NCBI GenBank assembly: GCA_965237415.1
Contig: CBDEFM010000002.1
Location: forward strand, 1,216,001-1,280,000
From: Alphaproteobacteria bacterium
Lineage (GTDB): Bacteria > Pseudomonadota > Alphaproteobacteria > UBA828
Direction: 5' to 3'
DNA: 64,000 nt
Shown here: in pieces, positions 50,845-61,447 of the stretch
Numbering within the stretch: position 1 is the stretch's first letter
Layout: every line of letters begins with the position of its first letter
Notes under the pieces: generated by a model
Databases searched by the model: none
Told to the model about the DNA's origin: nothing
The model's input: only the letters and a program-made list of their open reading frames with translations
Program-made: the position numbers and the translations under genes

Positions 50845-51887
50845 ATGAGCTCCAACGACACAAGGGTCTGGGGCATCCATATGGGTGCTCAAGTCGGTTC
50901 AAGACCGGTTGACCACGGCTATGTTGCCATCGGCTGGCCGCAGCTTGGTGACCTATCAAAATATTCCGATAATCGAGAAAGAATAAAGGACGCGCTAACC
51001 CGTCTGATCCCAAACATGAAAGCAGGAGCCGTTCCGGTTAACGCTGGCGTCCTTGTGCGGTTTGCTAACGAAATGACCATCGGGGATATGGTCGTCTATC
51101 CGTCCAAGACTGATAGAATGGTTAACATCGGACGGATCGTGGGCGATTATCAATATTATCATGACGACCCGCATGATTATCCAAATCATCGACCGGTAGA
51201 GTGGCTTGCTCATTTGCCGCGTAATGAGTTCAGCCAATCTGCACTGTACGAGATTGGCTCCTTCATCAGTTTGTTCCGTATCAGGAACCATGCGCGCGAC
51301 TTCTTGAAGAAATTAGATCCGGAAAGAAATTAGATCCATCACATACGGTTGAAAACGTAGAGGGCAGCGAGAACGTCGAACCGGATGATGAGGCTGTAAC
51401 GGGAGGAATTTCTGAACTAGCGGTCGAGGTAGCGGACGATTATATTATTCGCCAAATATTCGAGGGTCTGAGTGGATACGATTTTGAGCATTTTGTCGCA
51501 CATTTGTTGGAGCAGATAGGTTACACTTGTCGCGTTACAAGCAAATCGGGAGATGGTGACGTCGATGTGATCGCCCATAAGGATGTTCTTGGCTTCGAAC
51601 CACCCATACTAAAGGTTCAATGCAAGAAGATAACGTCGAAGATCGGTGATCCGGAAGTGAATCAGCTTCTTGGAACTATTGGGGAAGGAGAATGTGCACT
51701 ATTTGTCACTCTTGGATCGTATAGTTCTAAGGCGCAGCAACTGGAACGCAATAGACCAAAGCTTCGTCTAATTGATGGTGAGCAACTAGTGAAGTTAGTC
51801 AAACAAAATTATAATAATTTGTCTCCCCGATATCGTGCCCTCATGCGCCTCAAGCAGATTTATGTCCCCGACCCTGTTGCTGACTGA
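50845..51887 (+). pseudogene. mrr: Mrr-family (type IV) restriction endonuclease, frameshifted by a 17-bp duplication
   Basis: N-terminal VAIGW..LGDL domain; C-terminal FEHFV, GDGDVDVIAH..VQCK, LIDGEQL. AAGAAATTAGATCC occurs at 51307 and 51324 with GGA between; removal gives 1026 nt in frame. Low GC. Confidence 0.85.
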
Positions 51888-52035
51888 AAGAGATACCATT
51901 CTCGATAAAATCCGTGTCGATGCTATTGGTGGACTTCAGTTACTCCCCAGCCCCGTATTGACCAGGGATCGAGCGGCTTCCAGCCGCATCAGCCCGCGCT
52001 TCTCGGGAAGTCGCCCTATCCGTATGGGGAAACAC

Positions 52036-52125
52036 TGGCGGAGGGGGTGGGATTCGAACCCACGGTACGCTCACGCGTACAACGGTTTTCGAGACCGCCC
52101 CGTTCGACCACTCCGGCACCCCTCC
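52036..52125 (-). tRNA. tRNA-Ser(CGA)
   Basis: GGAGGGGTGCCGGAGTGG...GCGGT-CTCGAAA-ACCGT, long variable arm, GGTTCGAATCC, encoded CCA; 90 nt. Confidence 0.96.
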
Positions 52126-52160
52126 GCGGTCCACAGCCCGATGGGCAGCGCGGCATCTAT

Positions 52161-53033
52161 CTACGCTGGGGCGGCCTCCTCGGCAACTGCAGTTGCCGCC
52201 ACGCTCCGCTCGTAGCCCGTGAAATCCTCGGTGCCGAGCACGTGGCGCTCCATCCAGGCCGTAAAGCGCGCCCGGTCGCGCGCGATGGCGTCCCACGCCT
52301 CGTAGAACGTGTTGTCCCGCCGGTAGTAGCCGAGCGCGTAGGAAGGCCGGGCGCCGCCCGGCGCCGGCGAGACGGCGCTCACCACCCAGTGCGGCAGGTG
52401 CACGGCGCCCGGCCTCGGCTCCAGCTCGTCCACGATCTCCTCCACCGTGACAAGCACGCGGTGGGACGCGAGCGCCACCTCCTTCTGCACGCCGGAGATA
52501 CCCCACAGCATGACGTTGCCTTTGCGGTCCGCCTGCTGGGCATGGATCACCGCGACATCGGGACGGATGGCGGGGCTGGCCGCGAGCTTCTCGCCGGTGA
52601 AGGGGCAGGTGATGAACTTGATGATCGGGTTGTGCGCCGGCAGGTCGGAGCCGGCATAGCCCCGGATCACCGAGAAGGGCAGCCCGCTCGCGCCCGCGAC
52701 ATAGGCGTTGACGAGGTCGGCGTGGCTCCGCTCCTCGATCTCCAACGGCCGGGGCCAGCCCTTCTCCACCGCATCGCGGAAGCGATGCAGCGAGCCCACC
52801 CCCGGATTGCCGCCCCATGAGAAGACGAGCCGCTTGACGCAGCCCATGCCGATGAGCTGGTCGTAGATCAGGTCCGGTGTCATCCGCACCGCCGTGAGGT
52901 CGCGGAGCCCCGCGCGGATCACGGCATGGCCTGCGGCATGGGGGATCAGGTGGGTGAATCCCTCCATGGCGACCGTGTCGCCGTCCTGGATGAGCGACGA
53001 TACCGCCTCGGCAAGCGGGACGATCTCGGCCAT
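52161..53033 (-). CDS. CoA-transferase subunit A (3-oxoadipate/glutaconate CoA-transferase type)
   Basis: EGFTHLIP, RMTPDLIYDQLIG, FSWGGNPGVGSLHRFR, CPFTGE, IHAQQADRKGN. Confidence 0.88.
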   Translation of the reverse strand: MAEIVPLAEAVSSLIQDGDTVAMEGFTHLIPHAAGHAVIRAGLRDLTAVRMTPDLIYDQLIGMGCVKRLVFSWGGNPGVGSLHRFRDAVEKGWPRPLEIEERSHADLVNAYVAGASGLPFSVIRGYAGSDLPAHNPIIKFITCPFTGEKLAASPAIRPDVAVIHAQQADRKGNVMLWGISGVQKEVALASHRVLVTVEEIVDELEPRPGAVHLPHWVVSAVSPAPGGARPSYALGYYRRDNTFYEAWDAIARDRARFTAWMERHVLGTEDFTGYERSVAATAVAEEAAPA

Positions 53034-53094
53034 GCGCCGGGCCTGCCGTGACGCGGGCGTTGCGGCGAGGGTGGAGTAGACGAGCGCCGGGCGC

Positions 53095-54087
53095 CTAGAA
53101 GCGCACGGGCACGACCGGCGCCTCGCCCTTGGCGATCATCTCGGGGATCGCCGGCGAGGCGTTCTCCCACACCAGCAACATCGAGCGCTTGGGCGAGAAG
53201 CCTTGATGGCGGATGTCGGCCGGCATGCAGGCGACGTCGCCCGCCCGCATGGTCACCACCGCGCGAGGGTCGCCCGACTCCTTGTCCTTGACGTTCCAGA
53301 TGATCTCGTCGGAGAGCTGGATGAACCACTCCACCCGATCGTTGCCGTGCTCCACCGGCAGGCTGAACTCCTCCGAGGTGGGGCAGAAGAGGCTGTCCCG
53401 CAGCACGGTGCAGACCGACGGGTTCCAGGTCACGTCCGAGCGCGAGAGATAGGCGAAGAGGTTGAAGGCCTGCACCTCGCCCTCGCAGCCGGGCTCGGCC
53501 TCGACCTCCGGCTCGTCCTGCTCCACGTCGGCGAACATGCGGTTGACCGGGTAGCCGCTCTCGTCGGTGCGAATCGGCGCATCGTCGGGCAGGCCCACCA
53601 TGCGCTTCGCCATCACCCGCACGCGGCCGAGGGCCTCGGGGTTGCGTCCGCTCTTGCGGCCGAAGGGATGCGCCGTTTCCTGCGGCGCCCTGAACGGGTC
53701 GTAGCCGGCGTTGGTCCAGTCGTCGAGCATCGCCTGGAAGGTCGCCCTGAGGTCGTCGGAGTCCACGGTCTCCTGATAGTCGCGGCCGTTGTCGCGGTAG
53801 GCATCGTTGAAGCGCCCGACATAGAGCTCGACCCGGCCGTAGAGGTTGGTGGTGCCGAACACGTCGTCGAAGTTGATGGTGCCGTAGAAGAAGTTCCACG
53901 CCACCACGCGCACCAGCGCGCGCAGGAAGGCATCCACGGGCATCAGGTGGCTGCCCTCGGGCCAGGTGATATGGGCGAAATACTCGTCGCGGCGGAAGCC
54001 GAAGCCGCCCGTCTGGAAGGTGCGGTAGCCGGTGTAGTTGTCGGGATCGGAGGCCGTGTAGGCTGCCTCAGCCATCTGTGTCGCCAT
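53095..54087 (-). CDS. hapD: Hydroquinone 1,2-dioxygenase large subunit (HapD/PnpD-like)
   Basis: RDEYFAHITWP, DAFLRAL...WNFFYG, LSRSDVTWNPSV, CPTSEEF.LPVEHGNDRVEWF, MPADIRHQG, LLVWEN. Confidence 0.85.
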   Translation of the reverse strand: MATQMAEAAYTASDPDNYTGYRTFQTGGFGFRRDEYFAHITWPEGSHLMPVDAFLRALVRVVAWNFFYGTINFDDVFGTTNLYGRVELYVGRFNDAYRDNGRDYQETVDSDDLRATFQAMLDDWTNAGYDPFRAPQETAHPFGRKSGRNPEALGRVRVMAKRMVGLPDDAPIRTDESGYPVNRMFADVEQDEPEVEAEPGCEGEVQAFNLFAYLSRSDVTWNPSVCTVLRDSLFCPTSEEFSLPVEHGNDRVEWFIQLSDEIIWNVKDKESGDPRAVVTMRAGDVACMPADIRHQGFSPKRSMLLVWENASPAIPEMIAKGEAPVVPVRF

Positions 54088-54092
54088 CGCGC

Positions 54093-54590
54093 TCACTCCT
54101 CGCCGGTCTGGCAGATCTCGGCCCAGCGCTCGATGGTGAGGGGGCCGTCCATCGTTTGGAACAGGACAACGCTCGGCGCCTCGGCCGAGAAACGGTAGGC
54201 GGCGTGCGCCGGCAGCAGGGTCAGGTGGCCGCGCCCGGCACGCACGCGTCCCATACGCGGGCCTTCGGGCTCGCCCTCCAGCGCGTGCGCGCCGTCGCCT
54301 TCCGGTGCCGGGCCCCCGTGCTTCGCCAGCGCGACCTCGATCTCGCCGTCCAGGCAAAGCGCGAACTCGTCATGGGCCGCCGTGAACCAGGGTGAGGCGC
54401 CTTCCGCCCGCATGATCTCGATCACATATTCCAGGTTCTTGGCCACGCACACCCGCTCGAACGGCGCCGACTTGGAGGCGACCTCGAACGCGTTCGAGAA
54501 GACATAGTTGCGCGGATCGTCGTTGATGATGTGAACGCCGCCCTTGCGGTAGTCGCCGAGCGATCCGAGCTCCGTCTTGTAGTCGGCCAT
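54093..54590 (-). CDS. hapC: Hydroquinone 1,2-dioxygenase small subunit (HapC/PnpC-like cupin)
   Basis: GSLGDYRKG, NYVFSNAFEVA, KNLEYVIE, HDEF, AYRF, WAEICQ. Confidence 0.85.
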   Translation of the reverse strand: MADYKTELGSLGDYRKGGVHIINDDPRNYVFSNAFEVASKSAPFERVCVAKNLEYVIEIMRAEGASPWFTAAHDEFALCLDGEIEVALAKHGGPAPEGDGAHALEGEPEGPRMGRVRAGRGHLTLLPAHAAYRFSAEAPSVVLFQTMDGPLTIERWAEICQTGEE

Positions 54591-54783
54591 GGGCTTCGTC
54601 TCCTGCCCCTCCTTCGTGTCGTGGCGGCCCACTCTACCCCAAACTGCCCCCGTCGCGGAGCCCGTACGCGGAGCAACCTCCATCTCGGCGGAGAACGTCC
54701 TCCTGTTCTCGCGCTTCTTCGCTTCTCCAGCCCGCCCGCCTACAATCGAACAGCACGGGCACGAAGATCAAGGGGAACGGGCG

Positions 54784-55794
54784 ATGGAAATGGTCATGCG
54801 AAGCTACCCCAACGACTGGGTCGCCAGCTCGATCATGCACCGCAAGGGCATCGGCGGCGGCTCGTCGGGGGTCGCGCACGAGCTGACCGAGGAGAAGCAG
54901 GGCACCTACCTCTACACCATCGGCCCCTACGCCGACCCGGTGCTCTCCATCGAGCCGGGCGACCGGGTGGTCGTCGAGACCCGCGATGCCTTCGAAGGCA
55001 AGATCACGAGCGAGAGCGATGTTCCCTCGGAGCTGCTGGAGGTCCCGTTCCTCAACCCGCAGTGCGGCCCGATCTTCATGGCCGGCGCCGAGAAGGGCGA
55101 CGTGCTTGCGGTCCACATCGAGAGCATGGCCCCGCGCGGGCCCCAGCCCCGCGGCACCTGCTGCATGATCAAGGAGTTCGGCGGGCTGACCGGCACCTAC
55201 TACACCGCGACGCTCAACGAGCCGCTGCCCGAGAAGGTGCGCAAGGTGGAGGTGGACGAGGAGAACGTCTACTGGAGCGACCGGGTCACCCTGCCATACA
55301 AGCCGCACATCGGCACGCTCAGCTGCTCGCCCCAGATCGATTCAATCAACTCGCTGACGCCTGACGATCACGGCGGCAACATGGACTTGCCGGACATGGG
55401 CCCCGGCACGATCACCTACCTGCCGGTGCGTGCGCCGGGCGCGCTGCTCTATATCGGCGATGCCCATGCCTGCCAGGGCGACGGCGAGGTCTGCGGCGTC
55501 GCGGTCGAGTATCCCACCACCACCACGATCACCGTCGACCTGATCAAGGGCTGGACCATCGACTGGCCGCGCCTGGAGGCCGACGACTTCATCATGACGA
55601 TCGGCAGCGCCCGGCCGCTGGAGGACGCGACCCGGATTGCCTATCGCGAGCTGGTGCGCTGGATGGTGAAGGACTACGGCTACGACCAGTGGGACGCCTA
55701 CATGATGCTGAGCCAGTGCGGCAAGGTGCGGCTCGGCAACTTCGTCGATCCCAAGTACACGATGGGCGCGGCGATTCCGAAGAAGTACCTGTAG
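54784..55794 (+). CDS. Acetamidase/formamidase family protein
   Basis: PGDRVVVETRD, NPQCGPI, HGGNMD, GDAHACQGDGEVCGVAVE. Confidence 0.9.
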   Translation: MEMVMRSYPNDWVASSIMHRKGIGGGSSGVAHELTEEKQGTYLYTIGPYADPVLSIEPGDRVVVETRDAFEGKITSESDVPSELLEVPFLNPQCGPIFMAGAEKGDVLAVHIESMAPRGPQPRGTCCMIKEFGGLTGTYYTATLNEPLPEKVRKVEVDEENVYWSDRVTLPYKPHIGTLSCSPQIDSINSLTPDDHGGNMDLPDMGPGTITYLPVRAPGALLYIGDAHACQGDGEVCGVAVEYPTTTTITVDLIKGWTIDWPRLEADDFIMTIGSARPLEDATRIAYRELVRWMVKDYGYDQWDAYMMLSQCGKVRLGNFVDPKYTMGAAIPKKYL

Positions 55795-55995
55795 CGGGTG
55801 CCGAGACTCTGCTCCGCTCGACGGACCTCCCTCCTCGGCGGCCAAACCGCCTATGCACGACCGGCTGACGCGGAACAATCGCCGGGGCGCTGGCGACTGC
55901 GCTTACTCTAAAACGACTTGGGTCCATGCTTAAGCGATTTTTCTCTTGCTTTCGATCTATTGGGCGGAAACACTTGTGTGCCTAACTATCGTGCG

Positions 55996-57246
55996 TTAGC
56001 GCCAAATTCCTCGTGTATCGATTACCAGTTTGTCCGTCAATTTTGCCTGGTCCATATTCCGAAATTCCTGGTGGTCGGTCAGAAGCACCACGATTCGGGC
56101 CGACATCAGTGCCTCATCCAGGGAAGCAAGTATCGTACCATTGTTCCCCGCTAATTCCGTCGGCAGTGCTACGATATGCGGCTCCACAACGAGCAATCGT
56201 CCCGCAATCGATTGCTGTAAGCCGCGTACGACCTCAATTGACGGGCTTTCACGCAAATCTCCGACATCCGCCTTGTAGCTCAGGCCGAGACAAGCAACAT
56301 CGGGCTGCACCATTTCCACAGCCGCCGATAAGACGCGTTCGATCACCTTACGCGGCTTGTCATCATTGACCCGCCTTGCCGTGCCAATTAGCGGCGTAAG
56401 ATCAGGTGCGGAGTGCACCAGAAACCAAGGATCGACAGCGATACAGTGGCCACCGACACCGGGGCCGGGCCGAAGAACATCGACGCGCGGGTGGCGATTG
56501 GTAAGCTCTATGAGTTCCCAGGGATCGACGCCGAGGAACTCGCACACCGAAGAAATTTCGTTGGAGAACGCGATATTGACGTCTCGGTATGCGTTTTCGG
56601 TCAGTTTTGCCAACTCGGCCGTTCGTGCATTCGTTATCGAACACGTGCCCTGCAAGAATACCTCGTAGAGAGCCTTCGCAGCCGCGGCGCATGCGGGCGT
56701 CACTCCTCCTACGACGCGATCGTTTTGCAAGAGTTCCACAATAATCCGGCCTGGCAAAATTCGCTCAGGACTGTAGGCGACACGGATATCGCTGCCTTCT
56801 CCCTTCGAATTGGGAAATGACAGGTCCGGGCGAAGCGCCGAGAGCCATTCGCAGAGTGCTTCCGACGTCCCGACCGGCGAGGTCGATTCGAGCACCACTA
56901 GATTTCCCGACCTTAGCACCGGCGCCAGGCTTCTCGCGGCAGCCTGCAAGTGACTGAGATCGGGAGCATGCCCATCCTTCAGGGGTGTCGGAACGGCAAT
57001 GATAAAGGCGTCGGCGATAGCCAGCTCTTCTTGAGCACGCAACTTCCCGCTTACGACCGCGCCGCGAACCATGACATCGAGATGGGGCTCTACGATGGGG
57101 GCCACGCCGGTGTTTATCGTCGCCACGCGATCAGGATCGGTATCGACGCCAATCACCTCGATATTGTTCGTTGCGAATGCTGCTGCCGTCGGAAGCCCGA
57201 CATAGCCGAGGCCGATCACGCAAAGTCGATTGAACCGCTCAGCCAT
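55996..57246 (-). CDS. wecC: UDP-N-acetyl-D-mannosamine dehydrogenase
   Basis: [54 protein letters not shown]. Confidence 0.92.
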   Translation of the reverse strand: MAERFNRLCVIGLGYVGLPTAAAFATNNIEVIGVDTDPDRVATINTGVAPIVEPHLDVMVRGAVVSGKLRAQEELAIADAFIIAVPTPLKDGHAPDLSHLQAAARSLAPVLRSGNLVVLESTSPVGTSEALCEWLSALRPDLSFPNSKGEGSDIRVAYSPERILPGRIIVELLQNDRVVGGVTPACAAAAKALYEVFLQGTCSITNARTAELAKLTENAYRDVNIAFSNEISSVCEFLGVDPWELIELTNRHPRVDVLRPGPGVGGHCIAVDPWFLVHSAPDLTPLIGTARRVNDDKPRKVIERVLSAAVEMVQPDVACLGLSYKADVGDLRESPSIEVVRGLQQSIAGRLLVVEPHIVALPTELAGNNGTILASLDEALMSARIVVLLTDHQEFRNMDQAKLTDKLVIDTRGIWR

Positions 57247-57670
57247 CGATCAGGTTCGCCAGAATTCGTTCGCTTGCATGGCCGTCTCCGTAGGGATTGT
57301 GAACCCGCGCCATAGCGGCATAAGCATCCGAGTCATCCAGCAACGCCGTTACCTCTTTGACGATACGGTCAGAATTCGTGCCGACCAGCCTCACCGTACC
57401 GGCTTCCACGGCTTCGGGTCGCTCCGTAACCTCTCTTGTCACGAGCACCGGCTTGCCAAGCGACGGGGCTTCCTCCTGGATTCCGCCGGAATCTGTAACA
57501 ATGATATAGGCTTCGGTCATAAGGTAAACGAATGCCACATAGTCGAGAGGAGGAATTAGATGAATATTGGGATGAGAGCCCAGGGCCTCATGTACTGGGG
57601 TGCTCACGTTAGGATTCGGATGGACCGGATATACAATTTCGACATCGTCACGCGCTGAAATTCGAATCAG

Positions 57671-59119
57671 GGTCGTGTCCCAGGACGTGGTGTAGGAGTT
57701 GTTGGAGCCTCTGTTAGCTGTGGGTAGGCGGCTTGCTGTAGCGACCGCCGAGAGTCTGGCGTAGGCAAGCCGGCTATCCACAGCGGAGGCCATCGCGGTT
57801 CCGGTTTAGGGTTGGGCTAGAGCGAACCAACCTGACCCGAAGGAGAACCACGATGACCCAGGACATGATGACCCTGCGCGCGCTTTTGGAGAAGAGCTCC
57901 GATGCCGATCTGCTTCGCGAGATGATCGGCTTCACGGCCGAGCGGCTGATGGCACTGGAGGTCGAGGGCCTGACCGGCGCCGGGCACGGCGAGCGCTCGG
58001 CGGATCGTATCACCCATCGCAACGGCTATCGCGAGCGACGCTGGGAAACGCGGGCGGGCACGGTGGAGCTGAAGATCCCGAAGCTGAGGAAGGGGAGCTA
58101 CTTCCCGGGCTTCCTGGAGCCGCGGCGGATGGCCGAGAAGGCGCTGGCTGCGGTGATCCAGGAGGCCTACATCCAGGGCGTATCGACCCGCTCGGTCGAC
58201 GATCTGGTTCAGGCGATGGGGATGTCGGGCGTCTCCAAGAGCCAGGTCTCCAGGCTGTGCGGCGAGATCGACGATAAGGTCAACGGCTTCCTCGATCGAC
58301 CGCTGGAGGGCGACTGGCCCTATCTGTGGCTGGATGCGACTTATTTGAAGGTGCGCGAGGCCGGGCGCATCGTCTCGGTCGCGGTGACTGTGGCTGTGGC
58401 CGTCAACGACCAAGGCCGCCGCGAGGTCCTGGGCGTGGCGATCGGCGCGTCGGAGGCCGAGATCTTTTGGACCGAGTTCCTGCGCTCGCTGGCCCGGCGC
58501 GGGCTGCGCGGCGTGAAGCTGGTGATCTCCGACGACCACAAGGGCCTGAAGGCCGCCGCGACCCGGATCCTCGGCGCCACATGGCAGCGCTGCCGCGTGC
58601 ACTTCGCCCGCAACCTGCTGGCCCATGCCGGCAGGCAGGGCCGGCGCGTCGTCTCCGCCTTCGTCGCCACCGCCTTCGCCCAGGAGGACGCCGACAGCGC
58701 CAAGGCCCAGTGGCGCCAGGTCGCCGACCAACTCAGGCCCAAGGTGCCCAAGCTGGCAGTTCTCATGGACGAAGCCGAGCACGACGTCCTCGCCTACATG
58801 AGCTTCCCCAGGGAGCACCGCCAGAAATTGCATTCGACCAACCCGATCGAACGGCTCCATGCCGAGGTCAAGCGCCGCACCAACGTCGTCGGTATCTTTC
58901 CCAACGAAGCCGCTATCACACGGCTCGTCGGTGCCATCCTTCTCGAGCAGAACGACGAGTGGGCCGTCTCAAGGAGATACATGACGCTGGAATCCATCGC
59001 TCCGCTGCGCGATGGTGTCCCCATCACGCTGCCCACCGTGGCAGCCTGAACGTCCCGGCCCTACCCGCCGGGAGCCGCGTAGAGCGCAACGCTCTTACAC
59101 CACGCGCCGGGACACGATC
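57671..59119 (+). mobile_element. IS256-family insertion sequence
   Basis: Imperfect terminal inverted repeats (GG)TCGTGTCCCAGGACGTGGTGTAGGAG / CTCTTACACCACGCGCCGGGACACGATC. Target duplication AATCAGGG at 57665-57672 and 59120-59127 (AATCAG if the GG belongs to the IR). Confidence 0.95.
57853..59049 (+). CDS. IS256-family (Mutator) DDE transposase
   Basis: [48 protein letters not shown]. Confidence 0.96.
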   Translation: MTQDMMTLRALLEKSSDADLLREMIGFTAERLMALEVEGLTGAGHGERSADRITHRNGYRERRWETRAGTVELKIPKLRKGSYFPGFLEPRRMAEKALAAVIQEAYIQGVSTRSVDDLVQAMGMSGVSKSQVSRLCGEIDDKVNGFLDRPLEGDWPYLWLDATYLKVREAGRIVSVAVTVAVAVNDQGRREVLGVAIGASEAEIFWTEFLRSLARRGLRGVKLVISDDHKGLKAAATRILGATWQRCRVHFARNLLAHAGRQGRRVVSAFVATAFAQEDADSAKAQWRQVADQLRPKVPKLAVLMDEAEHDVLAYMSFPREHRQKLHSTNPIERLHAEVKRRTNVVGIFPNEAAITRLVGAILLEQNDEWAVSRRYMTLESIAPLRDGVPITLPTVAA

Positions 59120-60045
59120 AATCAGGGCTTTGCATACCTCCGCTATACCGGGGCCCAAATTCTCGCGCCGATGCCCGGTAACGAGAATCAACCGCCTGTT
59201 CGCACTGAGGTCAGGTAAGGCCGCACAAGCCTTTTCGGTTAACTTGGGCTCGTTTCCAAGTCTCTCAACCATATATTCTAGAGCATCGACAACGGTATTG
59301 CCTGTAAGCGTGATTCCCTCTTCGGCAATTCCTTCGGCCAGGAGATTCTTGCGTGCTTGTTCCGTCGGCACATAGTGCCGATCGCTAATCAGATCGGTCA
59401 ATCGCCGGTTTATTTCTTCCGGCCAGGGCATCGAGATGTTCCCGCTACGTAGACCGGCTTCAACATGGCCGACCGGTGTCTTGGAATAAAATGCGGCAAG
59501 AGCCGCGGCGAAGGAGGTCGTCGTATCGCCTTGTACCAACACGCGATCCGGCCGCGCTTCGGAAAGGACTGTCGCCATTCCTGTCGTAACGGCGTTCGTA
59601 ATATGCGTAAGGTCTTGGTTGGGTTTCATGACACTCAGATCGAAGTCCGATCGAAGCCCAAACATTTTGAGGCCGGAATCCAGCATCTCACGATGCTGAG
59701 CCGTCACACAGATAAGGTGCTCAACCTCTTCAGACGAAGACAAGGCACGTGCCACCATCGCCATCTTAATCGCTTCGGGACGCGTCCCTATTACGGACAG
59801 GACTCGCATGTTAATTCGGATGATCGTCGATTGTACAACTCAAATCCATATGCTTTTGGTTTGAGCCTATATGCCTACTAAACATGAAGAGTTAAATAAC
59901 GCGGAAACGGATGTTTAAATCGATTTATTGAAGGCCGTATGTGGAGGCGGAGGGGACCACGCCCTACGCGCCATGGCCGTCCGAGCCAAACCCGATGGAC
60001 GCGCACTGTGATGGGCTGCAGAATCGCCTTAGTCTGCGAGCCATC

Positions 60046-60927
60046 ATGTATCCGGCGCCCATCGAGGCCTATTTCGCACCGAAGACCGTCGAGGAGGCGC
60101 TCAGGTGCCTCGCCGAGGCGGGCGACAGCGCGATGTTCATCGCCGGCGGAATGAGCCTGATGCAGGCCATGAAGGCGCGGCTGCTGGCACCGCGCGCCCT
60201 CATCGACCTGAACGAGGTGGAGGAGCTGAGCGGCCTCGCCAAAGGGCCGCGCGGCGTGACCGTGCGCCCCCTCACCCGTTACCGCGAGCTCACCGCGACC
60301 TCGGCGCTCCACGGTGCCCTGCAGGCGATCGGGGACGCGGCGGCAACGGTGGGCGACCGGCAAGTACGCAATGCCGGCACCATCGGCGGCAGTCTCTGCT
60401 GGAACTACGTCGCGTCTTGCATGCCGAACGTCTGCCTCTGCCTCGATGCGACACTTGTTCTTGCCTCACGAGGCGGTGGCGAGCGAACCCTGCCTATTGA
60501 AGAATTTCTGGTCGGGCCGCTCGAAACCGCACGGCGTGACGACGAGCTCTTGATCGAGATTAACTTTCCGTCCTCAAAGCACTACGGAGTCGGCAGCGCC
60601 TACAAAAAATATAGCGCAACGGTAGACGGATTACCCATCATCGGCATCGCGGCCTCGATCGAAATCGACGAGTCCGGGCTTTGTACAGATGCACGCTTCA
60701 GCGTCGGCGGTATTCTGCCAACCGCCCAACGGTTCGACGGAGTCCGCGCGCTACTTTGCGGCCAACCGGGCAGCCCAGAGACCTCTGCCAAAGCGGCCAG
60801 CGCCGCAGCCGATGCAATCGAGACGCAGACGGACCATCTCGCCAGCGCCCACTATCGCAAGGTGCTGATCCGTACGCTTGGCCGCGACGTGTTGGCCGAG
60901 GCTCATGCCCGCGCGATGGGGAGGTAG
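60046..60927 (+). CDS. Molybdenum hydroxylase FAD-binding subunit (CoxM-like)
   Basis: IAGGMSL, LIDLN, QVRNAGTIGGSL. Confidence 0.9.
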   Translation: MYPAPIEAYFAPKTVEEALRCLAEAGDSAMFIAGGMSLMQAMKARLLAPRALIDLNEVEELSGLAKGPRGVTVRPLTRYRELTATSALHGALQAIGDAAATVGDRQVRNAGTIGGSLCWNYVASCMPNVCLCLDATLVLASRGGGERTLPIEEFLVGPLETARRDDELLIEINFPSSKHYGVGSAYKKYSATVDGLPIIGIAASIEIDESGLCTDARFSVGGILPTAQRFDGVRALLCGQPGSPETSAKAASAAADAIETQTDHLASAHYRKVLIRTLGRDVLAEAHARAMGR

Positions 60928-60931
60928 GCGT

Positions 60932-61447
60932 GTGAACAAGACGATCACCGTCACCGTCAACGGCAAAGCCTACGAGCGGACCGTGCCGATCCGCCTTCTG
61001 CTCGTCGATTTCATCCGCGACGAATGCCGCCTGACCGGCACACACATCGGTTGCAGCTACGAAGGACGTTGCGGGGCGTGCACGGTGATGATCGAGGGAC
61101 GCGCCCACAAGTCCTGCATGAAGCTCGCGGTGCAAGCCGACGGCAAGGACGTGACCACGATCGAGGGGCTCGGCAGCCGGGATAACCTGCACCGATTGCA
61201 ACAGGCCTTCCGCCGCTATCACGCGCTGCAGTGCGGGTTTTGCACGAGCGGGATCCTGATGAACGCAGTCGATTTCCTGAACGAGAACATCAACCCGAAC
61301 GAAGAAGAGGTGCGCCGCGCCCTGGTCGGTAACCTCTGCCGCTGCACCGGCTACACCCATATCGTCGAGGCGATCCTCGCCGCTTCGGCCATGCGTCACG
61401 GGGTGAAGCCGGTGCCGCCGCCGGCGGAAACCGAGAGCGCGCCATGA
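60932..61447 (+). CDS. Molybdenum hydroxylase 2Fe-2S subunit (CoxS-like)
   Basis: GCSYEGRCGACTV, QCGFCTSG, GNLCRCTGY; GTG start. Confidence 0.92.
   Translation: MNKTITVTVNGKAYERTVPIRLLLVDFIRDECRLTGTHIGCSYEGRCGACTVMIEGRAHKSCMKLAVQADGKDVTTIEGLGSRDNLHRLQQAFRRYHALQCGFCTSGILMNAVDFLNENINPNEEEVRRALVGNLCRCTGYTHIVEAILAASAMRHGVKPVPPPAETESAP

Larger units (their letters stand above)
57239..59809 (-). pseudogene. wecB: UDP-N-acetylglucosamine 2-epimerase interrupted by IS256
   Basis: 5' half GTRPEAIK, QGDTTT, HVEAGLRS, HRREN; 3' half [27 protein letters not shown]. The halves rejoin as CKALIRIS. Confidence 0.93.

Noticed and set aside
59946-59955. GGCGGAGGGG as an att duplicate of the tRNA-Ser 3' end
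   Set aside because: Only 10 GC-rich bases, and on the wrong (5') side of the tRNA.
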